DNA from: Epiperipatus broadwayi
Taxonomy: Eukaryota > Animalia > Onychophora
Direction of reading: 5' to 3'
Assembly: GCA_028023455.1 (NCBI GenBank)
Contig: JAQFVV010000005.1
Location: 1,116,001-1,180,000, forward strand
Length of the DNA: 64,000 nucleotides
Each line of letters opens with the position of its first letter. Positions within the stretch are counted from its first letter, which is position 1. Under the pieces are notes generated by a model that was given only the letters and a program-made list of their open reading frames with translations, was not told where the DNA came from and did not search any database. The position numbers and the translations under genes are program-made. This document shows positions 42,010 through 52,959 of this stretch, one piece after another.

Positions 42010-42345
42010 GGTTAGTCTTTGGTGCATAATATAGATGGCATGATATGCTTTTGGTTATAGTTCTTGGCACCACAATGATGGGAGCATTTAGTTAGATTGA
42101 TGGGTACAGTTCTTGGCTGCCCAATGATTAAGCCATTGGTTATAAAGAATTCTATTACAGTTCTTGGTGCCAATATGGTAGGCATTGGTACGTCCCTTCA
42201 GTCTATTGGGTTATAGTAAGGTGGGTCTGATTATAGTAGTTCTCTGACATCAAGATATTAAGCTTGATTAATGTTGATGGTTACAGGTGAGCTCTTGGCG
42301 CCTGTCAACGTGTGGCCTGATTGTCCAATTGATGATGGTTACAAT
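42010..42345. repeat. Degenerate ~50-bp-period array of the motif ggttaYagttcttggYRcc
   Basis: Copies at ~42053, ~42102, ~42155, ~42230 and ~42278, separated by variable spacers. Confidence 0.6.
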
Positions 42346-42519
42346 ATATATATAACTAAATAAAGTTTATAATGAATTACAATATTAGATATTACAACTA
42401 ATAAATAGTGCTGATGATAATCAAATGATCAAACCATGTTGTTACTTTGCATTCTATATGTGCAATTTACATAATCATATTACTACACATTGTGTTTCTA
42501 ATACCTTTTTTTATTTAAA

Positions 42520-43560
42520 ATGGTAAATATTACAAACAAGCAATTGGAATCTCAACAGGATTGCCCACTTATAATGTTTTTGTTAATTTATTCATGGAAG
42601 AATTTGAAACACAGGCTTGATGTTTGGCCATGTGAGGGAGAGAGGTTGAATGACTTCTTAATGCATATTAATAACCTACTTCTCCAAATTAAATTCCCTA
42701 TGGAAATGGAGAAAGTTGTAAAGCTCCCTTGTTATTCTTGTTTTAAAAAATGATATCTCAACATCTATGTACAAGAGACTTACATAACATCTGAAGGATA
42801 CCTAAAGACATCATTCCAAACATCATCCATCCCAAATCTTCCCTACAGCTAAGATCTTTTTCACAAGAACATTCCTACTCCCAAATAATTTGACATTAAA
42901 AAAAGAAATCAGATGGGTGTGCTGCTTTATTAATGAATGATTATATTACCATCATTATAAATAGAGCAATTCACCAAATCAAAAACATCAAAAAGAAGCA
43001 AATGCTTCTATAGTATGCATACCTTATACAAAAAGAACCACAGAGAAAGTTGGACATGTGCTGAGATGCACATTTTCCACTAACAAAAGATAAATAGTAT
43101 TCTAATCAAATCTAATGATTTAATCTCTCTTGAACTCAATGAAACTTACATTTCATGTGGCATGTGCCAAACCACATACTTAGGAAGAAGCAAACATCCT
43201 ATAAGTGCTAAAAGAGATTAATATATTTTTATGCAGTAAAAAAATCTTCAGCACTTACTCTTCGTGTTTTAGATACTCACCATCACATAGATTTCTCAAA
43301 TACTAAAATAATATCTACATCTAACAATCACTATTAAAGAGTATTTATGGAGCTATAGAAATTAAAAAAAAACAACCCAAAAGATAAATCAATAAATCAA
43401 TCACTATACTAACAAACGTTATGAAACAATAGAATTATCCATATGGAAGAATTTCTTCAAACAAATGTGGGGAAAAAAAAAATCCACCCATATTTAAACC
43501 AAACTATTCAATAATCATATGGCACAATTATTATCTCTGCAGCAACCCCGTAATTATTAC
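42520..43560 (+). mobile_element. Decayed Penelope-like element (RT C-terminus + GIY-YIG)
   Basis: Fragments FVNLFMEEFETQA, VWPCEGERLNDFLMHINNLLLQIKFPMEMEK, a C..C..YLG-type GIY-YIG remnant (~43150-43190) and DTHHHIDFSNTKII...RVFM/AIEIKK; many frameshifts. Confidence 0.75.
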
Positions 43561-43567
43561 TTTATAC

Positions 43568-46107
43568 CAGGGGTCGGCAAACTATGGCTTGCGAGCCATA
43601 TGTGGCTCTTCAATAATATCTATATTTGTCCACAGGACCTAATCGGAATATATGTTCACAAAAAGAAAAAGCAAAAAAAAACAAAAACATTGCAATACGC
43701 AATCATAAAAAATGAAGATAAAATCAGGACAAATCCAGGACATATAGACACCTACTTTGTAGTAAAATTGAAAATAAAACTATGGATAGTTTCAATTTAT
43801 AAAATTTTTAAAAGATTTTATAACACAATCGTGATTTTATGTTTTATAAGTCTGGCAAAACTTCAGAATTAATAAGTAAGCACACGGTTGCCCTCTAGTG
43901 GACAAGACAATGGCGCAATGTGAATTCATGTTATCTAGAAGAGGAACATATTTTTTGTGTAGTTGTGCAAATGTGGATATAACATTAAATAAAATACAAT
44001 ATTTGAAGTGTTTTTCAACATGACTACAAAGAAAAGACTGAAAAAAACATTAGATGAGCATCGTGATTTTAAAACCGAATGGACTGAATCTTACACGTTT
44101 ATAGTGAACTCGGAAGGCCTTCCAACCTATCTTATTTGCCAAGGAACACTGGCACAAAACAAGAAGTGTAATTTGGAGACAAAACATGCCTCATCCAAAA
44201 CATGCCTCATCCTCTCAGTGACACGAGAAAAAGAGCAATTGAAGAACTTCAGAAACATATTGAAAAATCAAGTTCTGTATTTGATTATTGGAGACAGTCT
44301 GCCAATAACATTACTATTGCAAGCTTCATAGTAACTCAGGAAATCGCTAATAGAGAGAAACCATTCATGGATGGTGAGTATGTAAAATGTTGTTTTGTTA
44401 AAGCATCTGAAGACACTTCATGATTTCAAAAATAAAACAGATTTTAAATAAAATTAAAAACATGCCATTATCTGCCAAAACAGTAGCAGATAGGACAGTT
44501 AAAATGGCCTTAAATGTGGCCAACCAACAAATCGAGGACATTAAATTATCTTCAGCTTTATCAGTTGCAGTGGATGAGTCTTGCAACATCAAGGACACAG
44601 ACCAGATTTCCCTTTACATATGGTATATATCATCTGAGGGTCCAAGGGAACTTTTAGGATTATTGCCACTCAAGAGCCAAACATGAGGAGAGGATATAGC
44701 AAATGCTATCATCGAATGCATGGAAAAAAACAATATCATACTTGATAAAATTGTATCAATTGCAACTGATGGGACAAAAAGTATGATGAGATAGAAAAGG
44801 GGGTTTGTTTCACTTTTAAAAGAAAACATTAATCATAAAGTGATTACTTTCCATTGCATACTTCACCAGGAAGCACTTTGTGCACAAACATTTCCAGAAG
44901 AAATCAGTAAAGTTATGGACTTGGTAATTAAGATTATTAATTTTATTGCAGTAAGAGGACTTAACCATCGGCAATTTAAAGAGTTGCTATGTGAAATGGA
45001 GAGTGAGTATTCAGATCTTCTCCAATATAACAGGGTTCGATGGCTTTCCAGAGGCAACATGTTAAAAGTTTTGCATTTTGCATAAATGAAATCAAACTAT
45101 TTCTCGACAACAAGGGTGTTCAATATTTAGAATTAACAGAAGATCAGTGGTTGCAAAAATTGTATTTCATGGTCGATGTTACATCACAACTGAATCAGCT
45201 CAATCGTAAATTACAAGGTAAGGGAAATACTGCTTTTTCAATGGTAGAAGAAATTATTTTATTTGAAAAGAAATTGATTCTATTTGCTGAAGATTTAGAG
45301 AGGAGAACTTTAGTTCATTTCCCAAACTTGTCTCAATATCGTCAAGAAAACAATGCCCTCATTAACAAAGAATATTTTAAGACAACAATTTTAAACATGA
45401 GAGAATCTTTTCTTCAAAGGTTTCAGGAATTTAGAAATGGTATAGAAACTCTAGCTTTTATTATAAATCTTCTTAATGCCAATGTGAGAGAATTAAAATT
45501 TTCCCCCATTTGATATTGATGCTGGTAATTTTGAAGTATAATTGCTGGACTTGACAAGCAAAGATTTATGGAGCTCCAAATTTGTTGCCTTGGTATTGAA
45601 ATGGAAGAACTGGAAAAAGAAAAATGTAGTCTGCTGTCACAGAACCAGCAGAGTGCTATAAAAAAGGCAGACTGATTTTTACTACTTGGAATAGTCTTCC
45701 AGATTCATATCATGAGATGAAAAAATTTGCATTTGGCATTCTCAGTATCTTTGAATCTACATACTTATGTGAACAATCATTTTCTAACATGAATTTTATT
45801 AAATGTAAATTGAGGAACCAAATTACTGATGCCAACTTGGAATCATGCCTCAAATTAAAAACCACTAGTTACCAACCGGACATACAGAAACTTTCTAAGG
45901 AAATGCAAGCTCATTGTTCACACTGATTAAAACCAATGCTAACAATTTTCCGTGGGATTTAATAAAGATGTAATTAATATTGTAACTTGTTAAAGTATTT
46001 CTTTAAATTTCCATATTTGTAAAAATATATTCATGGCTCTCGATTAATTTTTAAATTGTTGCGAGTGTCAGATTTGGCTTTCCGTCTCAAAAGTTTGCAG
46101 ACCCCTG
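43568..46107 (+). mobile_element. hAT DNA transposon, Buster/SPIN (GTF2IRD2-like) group, 2540 bp
   Basis: TIRs CAGGGGTCGGCAAAC / GTTTGCAGACCCCTG; perfect 8-bp TSD CTTTATAC at 43560-43567 and 46108-46115. Confidence 0.97.
44020..45926 (+). pseudogene. hAT transposase pseudogene
   Basis: Motifs FKTEWTESY, AVDESCNIKD, IATDG, FHCILHQEALCA, VRWLSRG and FESTYLCEQSFS spread over several frames, with stops. Confidence 0.92.
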
Positions 46108-46625
46108 CTTTATACAGTTGAGGGCCGGTGTTATATGTCAACATGTCGGAATTTTATTTATATTTTATTAAACGCTGTTGCTCCCGAAAATATGATTTCT
46201 AAGACATCTTTTGCGCTGAAAATATTCATTTCAATATATATATGTCGTAAACGTTAAATTAACATAGTTCAATATATATGTATACACCATTCTCTTTTCA
46301 GTCTATGAATAAATAATCATCTATTGACAAAGAAAGGATCAAAAATAGAATGGATTCATTTTATTCCTGTTTTTTTTTAAACTATTATTGATTGGATCTA
46401 TTGTTTTTTAATTTTTTGTCAACAATGTTATTTATTTATAGCCTAAGGAAAGAGATTTATTTCAATAATTACATACATAGATAATTTAATTATTTTTTTT
46501 GTAAAGTATGCGTTATAATTTGAGTTTCTATTTTGACATTTTTAAAGTGAGAATTCTAAAAGATCAATTTATTAAGTGTGGATAAATTTTTATTGTATAT
46601 TTCTACAAATGATTTTAAATGCAAA

Positions 46626-46990
46626 GATGTTGCTCTTTTCTATATAAGTCAGACCTATACAATAAAATAATCTCTCCGTTACTTGTTAGTTTTCCCTAGT
46701 TGGCTATCCAATTCTGGGTAGGTAGACCGAGTGTGGTCCCTGCACATTTGGACTGTTAATCGGGAGACAGAGGTATCTAGAATGGTCTTGACATGGCTTG
46801 GCTTTGGGTCAAGAGTTTATTGTTTAATGGACTTGAGCCTTGGACCTCGCTGCCTGTTGTGGTGGTTGGCGCAATGCTGGACTTGTCCACCTATTCAGCT
46901 GAAGCATTTGGGTCTTTGCTTCGGGGGGGGGGACCCAGGGGGGGATCACTGGGTGATGGATAGCTTTTCAGCAGCTGGGCCATGTAGATC
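46626..46990. mobile_element. GC-rich island, possible LTR-retrotransposon remnant
   Basis: Abrupt GC rise; TG...TATAAG...AATAAA...CA layout at 46626-46746; a possible decayed CCHC knuckle (PKCFS*...HC) on the minus strand near 46870-46915. Confidence 0.3.
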
Positions 46991-48374
46991 CATGTATAGA
47001 TACCAATTTACAGATACACATTAATCAACATTATAGCAACCCTTTTATGGGTATAATTGTTGTCAAACATATGTACTTTATATAAACCTGGTCAATAATT
47101 GTTTTACCTTGTAACATTGAACACTGTAATTCTCAGCAGGTAAGTGTACCCGAAAATTTTTGTAATCTTTTAACTAATAAAGGTTACTTTTAAAAGTAAA
47201 ATAATCTCTGTGACGTAATTGTTATGTTGATATTCGCAAATGTATCCAAATAAGCAAGCAGTAATCAAGATTCTCTCTCATCGACTTTAAAGAATTATAT
47301 AGTGTCTGCTTATTAATTAACTATATCTGAAAAGGTAGACCTCTCATATTAAACTAGATCTCGGTTGTCAAATCTTGTTATTCATTAAATATTCCTTTTT
47401 TTTTTTAAAAAAAAAAAACATCTATCAACTTCCTTCCTTTAACTCTTGCAACTTATCTTTTATAATTCCTATATCTTGGAAGTGTATGTCCAATACTATA
47501 TCTCTTCAGCATGTTTACATTGCTAATTTTACGTTTCCAGTGTATCTTACCTCTTTTTTCCACTTCTCTTTTTCTTATTAATCCCATTTATGCTCCTTTT
47601 AAAACTTCTCCAATAAGCCTTTTTCTTAAATTTTATTTCTATGGGCTACAAAATAACCCAACATTTTTTAAAACGCCACTGGTTATCTAATCTCTTTCTT
47701 TCTTGCTGCCATAGTTTTGTAATCAGTTAACTACTTTGCTATATTTAAAAACACTCATCTCCTCTACAACTCAGTCTAAACTATTCTTTTTTCGTTATTT
47801 TAGTTTTATATACATTTAGTGCTAAAACATTATTTGATTGACGTAAATAATTAACTAATAAACAAAACATAATAAATATTAAATTGTTTATTAAAAAAAA
47901 AATACATTATTGATCGTAATTACACATCTCATCTGCTAAATACACTTTTTTCGTCTACGAATTTTTTAACCTAGGTGTAAAAAAGACTTTCATTATTCAT
48001 ATGTATGTGTAAAAAATAATTAAGTATATTTTGTATATCTAAGTTGTGCTTTGTTAATTGCTATCGTTTCTAAGCAACAAACTAATTGTGGCGTGTTTAT
48101 CTATATAGGATTGCCTGAAGAGATTGCTTCACAATCCTCGAGTGTTGAAACTGTCATTTACATTTTAAAGACTAGCAGGAACCTCAATTATGAGGAACCC
48201 CTTGAAGAGCCATTTTGTTAGTTTTTTAATTAATTTTGAAGTTGCTTAAAGTTTGCAAAAGCAATCCTGCTGGGGGATGGACTTTATTTTTTATTTTTAA
48301 ATAAAACAAATTGATTATTTTTGCAAACAATTGTTTATATGTATACACAAATGTGAGTTTATATAAAGTGATGA

Positions 48375-48482
48375 GTGGTGGTGATTATTTATCTTTTCTA
48401 CACGTGTGTGGTCATGTGTATCAGTAGCATGAGATAGTGTGGATAGATGAAGGTTGCTTGAAAGTTTGAGTTCAAATCCCCT
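48375..48482 (+). mobile_element. Single right arm of the foldback family (copy D)
   Basis: ...catgtgtatcagtagcatgagatag...gcttgaaagtttgagttcaaatcccc matches the right arms of copies B and C. Confidence 0.65.
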
Positions 48483-48744
48483 ATATTTATAAAATACTTT
48501 CAGTTTTTTGTAACTGAAGGAAATTCGTAAATTATTCAAAGTGATAGAATAGATATTATGATCCGTTCAGTATTAAATATTGATAATCATTATTTGCCCT
48601 TTCTCAATATAATTTAATCCTATTAGAGCTAATTAGAAGTCAGTAGTCATTATACTGCACGAAGAGGATCCTGAATAGAAGGTTTATAACCAAAGGCACC
48701 ATCTTAATTAAATTTGGGATTTTTTTTTTCATATGTCATAGCAT

Positions 48745-48826
48745 TGGCCGGGACGCGAACCCACAACCGTCTGCAACCAACTACTTGCTTGCATGGCAGC
48801 TGCGATACCTCTCGGCTAACAACCCA
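48745..48826 (-). mobile_element. tRNA-derived SINE head or tRNA pseudogene
   Basis: The minus strand reads GGGTTGTTAGCCGAGAGG (A box)...GGGTTCGCGTCCCGGCC (B box/T arm); the central region is too long and irregular for a canonical tRNA. Confidence 0.7.
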
Positions 48827-49179
48827 AGACTAAATTTGGGATTTTAAGTACAATATAATCGCGATATACAGTGTACTTTGTTCACCCCACCCCGTATTCA
48901 TATATCGTATGTAATAGCTCACGTTTTGTTCATAAACTTTGATTACAATAGAATGTGTACTGTTTATTTAATTGGAAGTATACGATACTTTTTTTCAGTT
49001 GATAATGTATTATTTACAAATATTAACTTACGATGTACAGAGGAAAGTTTAGATTACACATAATTACTTCAAATACTTTTCAACATGTACATATGATTTT
49101 TTAGATAGGTACATATGCATATATATACATTAAAATTATAGTATAAACAGAATTACATTTACGTAAATATATACTTATA

Positions 49180-49646
49180 AGGGATTTGAACCCAGACTTT
49201 CAAGCTCCCTTCAGCTTTCCAATCTATCTCATACAACCGATACACATTATTACACACTTGTGAAAAAGGTAAATGATCTATAATATAAGTATTTCATGCT
49301 GAACCAGCACTTATCAGTTGGGCGAGATCATCACCTCGCACACACTTATGTAATCAATGCTCGGTTTATGTTAAAATAGCAAAACTTCAAATTTAACGGA
49401 CAGGCTTCAGTCTACTTCACCATCCAACTCTTCAGCCTTCCATACCATTGAAAATCTGATAATGGATTGCCCAAATACCTTAATGATAAACCGACCACTG
49501 ATTATATGTATATATGTGGGAGATGATGATCTGGACCAACTGATGAGTGCTGGTTCAGATAGAATTATGTTTATTGGAGATCACTTAACTTTTTCACATA
49601 TGCATAGTCATGTGAAGGGACTTGAAAGTCTGGGTTCAAATTCCCT
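49180..49646. mobile_element. Foldback element copy B
   Basis: gggatttgaacccagactttcaagctcccttca / tgaagggacttgaaagtctgggttcaaattccc; inner inverted repeats gctgaaccagcacttatcagttgg / ccaactgatgagtgctggttcag. Confidence 0.8.
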
Positions 49647-49980
49647 ACAATTACATTTAAATTGCAGGAATATAAAGTATATCCGTATTTAAATATAAAT
49701 ATATATTGTGTATATGTTCATTATTCACATTCTCTCAAAAAATAAAAAAATTATTGTACCATATTTTTCCTTTTTTAAATAAAATAAATAATGAAGTATC
49801 AGGATTTCATTATAATTAAACACTTTCTAGGCAGTATCCTTTTTCTTCAATACCCCCCCCCCCTTACTATAGAAATGTAATAGTCTTATTATCAGTAGAT
49901 TCTGATCTTTTTAGATATTTTGAGTTTTAAATCTACCTCAGACTTAATGTAGTTTATTGCTTAAGAAAGATACTTCTCAC

Positions 49981-50141
49981 AGAAGGGATTTGAACTCGGA
50001 CTTTCAAACTCCCTATAGCTGTCCACACCATACATATATTGGAAATCATCTTTTTTATATGTATGTGCTCATGTGTATCAGTTATATAAGGTGGAGTGGA
50101 TAGCTATAGGGAGCTTGAAAGTCTGAGTTCAAATCCCTTCT
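49981..50141. mobile_element. Foldback element copy C (internally deleted)
   Basis: agaagggatttgaactcggactttcaaactccctatagct / agctatagggagcttgaaagtctgagttcaaatcccttct. Confidence 0.85.
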
Positions 50142-51039
50142 AAATTACATTGAGTTCAGAATAGACAATATACTTGTGTTTAAATATTTTATAAATTTTT
50201 TTAAATTTTCGTAAAACTTTTAGATTTATGTTTAGAAAACATGTTTATTACATGAAATGGTTTACCACATCAAAATTCAGAAAGGATAAAAAAAGTCAAT
50301 AACCCGAAGAAACATTAATAAGCATATTTTAATTTCTTTTTTTTTTACTTTTTTTTTTTTGTGTGTGTGTGGATAGCATATAATTGAAGTAATTATATAT
50401 TGATGCAATATTTATCATGACTTCACTGTACTTTTTATTTGAAAAAAGTAATTCACAAGAATATGTCAAACACAACATAAATGCATTTTTAGAAAGTTTA
50501 TATATATACATAAAGAATTGTTTTCATTGAATAAATTTCAGAATATTTTATCAATGTAATGTGATTATAAAATTATATCAGTTTATATATTTGTAGTCAC
50601 CAATTTTTCCTCCTTTCAATAATTCATAGATTAAGTATAGCCAGTATATAAAACTAAATTTATCACAACTATAACAGAATTGTAGAAAGTAAAACTGTTA
50701 TATGCATTCATCTTTAAAATGCTGAAAGGCATAACCTGACTTGTCACAACAGAAATTTTAATAGCAGACACTTTTAAAAATTCTCTGCGAGAATCCTGGT
50801 TCTCATAAGCACCACATTGCCTATTCTTAAAATTATCCTAAAATTTTAGTGTATGGTTAGCTGTTTGGGAATTCATATGATGTTTGATGTCAAAGGTTCA
50901 GAGTTGAGGTAGGAATCAATTAGAAATTTTTAAAACTTTCGAGTATTACACTTTACTGCTGCATTTTAGAATTTCATTGTAAAATAAGGAAATCCCTTAA
51001 ATCATTATAACGAAGTGTGTGAATATATAATATAAGGAG

Positions 51040-51722
51040 TTAGTCATCCACAGTATTCTGTCAAATGGGCAGGTCCAAAGAGTAGTCACATAATCAATTC
51101 ATCCATTCCATTCTTTTCCTTGCCCAGCTCTTCAATTCCATGTAACTATTCCCATCTTACATTGTCTCCCATCTTACATCGTCCAATTCATCCAGTTGAT
51201 TTTTTCCATTCTTCTCCATGTCCACATCTCAAAGGCTTCCAATCAGTTTGTAATTGTATTACTCATTGTCCATGTTTCACAACCATACATTAGTACACTC
51301 CACATATAGCATTTAATTAATTATCTTCTTAATTTTCTTTTCAAAGGTCCACAAAATATCTTCCTTCTCTTAATAAATATCTCCTTTGCCAAAGCTTTTT
51401 TTAAAATTTCATCTTCACTTCTTCCATTCGCACTCATCCAACTACCCAGTTATCTAAATCCCTTTACCGGTTGAACTATGTTATCATGGACTTCAATTTG
51501 CAATCTTTTTTTTGCATTTCTCCCTATCCATAAACACTTTGTCTTTTCAACATATTCCATACATCCTTCCAATTTATTCAACACAACTTTTCATTCTTAG
51601 CTACAAGAGCAATATCATTTGCAAATCTTTACATTTTATTATTCTACCTCCAACATTTATGTCTTCTAAATAAATATTCAAGAGAACAGGTGACACACTG
51701 CATCCTTGCCTAACTCCACTCT
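51040..51722 (-). mobile_element. Decayed LINE RT fragment from a different RTE-like family
   Basis: The minus strand gives GVRQGCSVSPVLLNIYLED and a nearby FA(D/N)DIALVA remnant. Confidence 0.7.
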
Positions 51723-52959
51723 GGAGAAATTACTAACATGTATTTATGTTATATTAAAATCTTTTGTTTAATTTGCATTAAATCTTAAAAAAAAATTTAC
51801 TGAAGCAACCAATGAAAAAAAAGTATTACAAATATATTTAATAATATGTAATTTTATTGTGAAGAATTTAATGCAAAGGAAATAATGCTGTCAAATTTAC
51901 ATATAAAAGCGACGACCTTTCAAAAGGCCGGATACATCTGGTTAACATATCAGTTGTATGAATATGTTATTATATTGGTAATGTAATATTAAGCACACCC
52001 CATGCATGGCAAAAATATTTACAATTACATTTGCAACCTTAATCCTTGATTCACTGCAAAATATATTTTTCACTCATTACCACTTGGATCTTTTGCTAGT
52101 ATGGCCACTTCACATAAAAAAAGAATGTGTTGAATTTATGTCAAAGAATAAGCCAAAACTAATAAATTGTGAATGATCCTTGCATACATTTTTCTTGTAT
52201 CATAAGCTGGCAACTTTTTCACCTCTGTCAGTTGCCATGATTATGACTAATATAATTTAGTCAAAAGTACACAAATTGCTAGCTTTATTCAGATTTTGAG
52301 TGTATCTTGTATACGTTTTTGCATATAGTTATTTTTCATATTACAGTTTGTTCAAGTATTTCTTTCTTTTTTTTTTTTGAGGACATATATTACAGCAGTA
52401 TTTTTTTGTGGTTCATTGTCTGCTTCTTTACTTTTAGATGTTTCTTTTACTTTGCTCTTTTTGTATTCTGCTGTTTTCCTAATTCAGTTATAAATCTTTT
52501 TTTCATAGCTATTTGTTCTTACTATTTAGAGATATTCTTATAATGTATTCATTCATTACGTTTATGTCAATCATATTGTAAAATGTGAATGGCCATCTCT
52601 TTGTCTTTTTTTTTTTTGGCATTGTATGTTGTCATTTTCTCCCTGGTATCTACACTTTGTTTTGTTTTATTATAATAAAATATTTCATTTCAATAAAAAA
52701 TTTATTAACAATAAATAGTGATTACATACTAATAAAGGATAAATAAATGAATAAATTGTACAATAATATGATTATATAATGTTCTATATGTCATCTGGCT
52801 AGATTATGTTATGAGAGCACAATGTTATACTCTTATGTGGTTAGGTATAGTGAGAGATTCAAAGAACTTGTTTAATGGTATTAGCATTTTTAATATAAAC
52901 ATGAATATTTTCTTTTATAAATGACTATTCTATAATGCTGGGTAGGTGGGAATTGATAA

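Noticed and set aside
42010-42345. CRISPR-like repeat/spacer appearance
   Set aside because: Eukaryotic context, degenerate repeats, irregular spacing and no cas genes.
49535-49570. CTGATGAG hammerhead core
   Set aside because: No stem II followed by GAAA; it is part of the foldback arm. Other CTGATGA hits (e.g. 4864, 26054, 27097) also fail.
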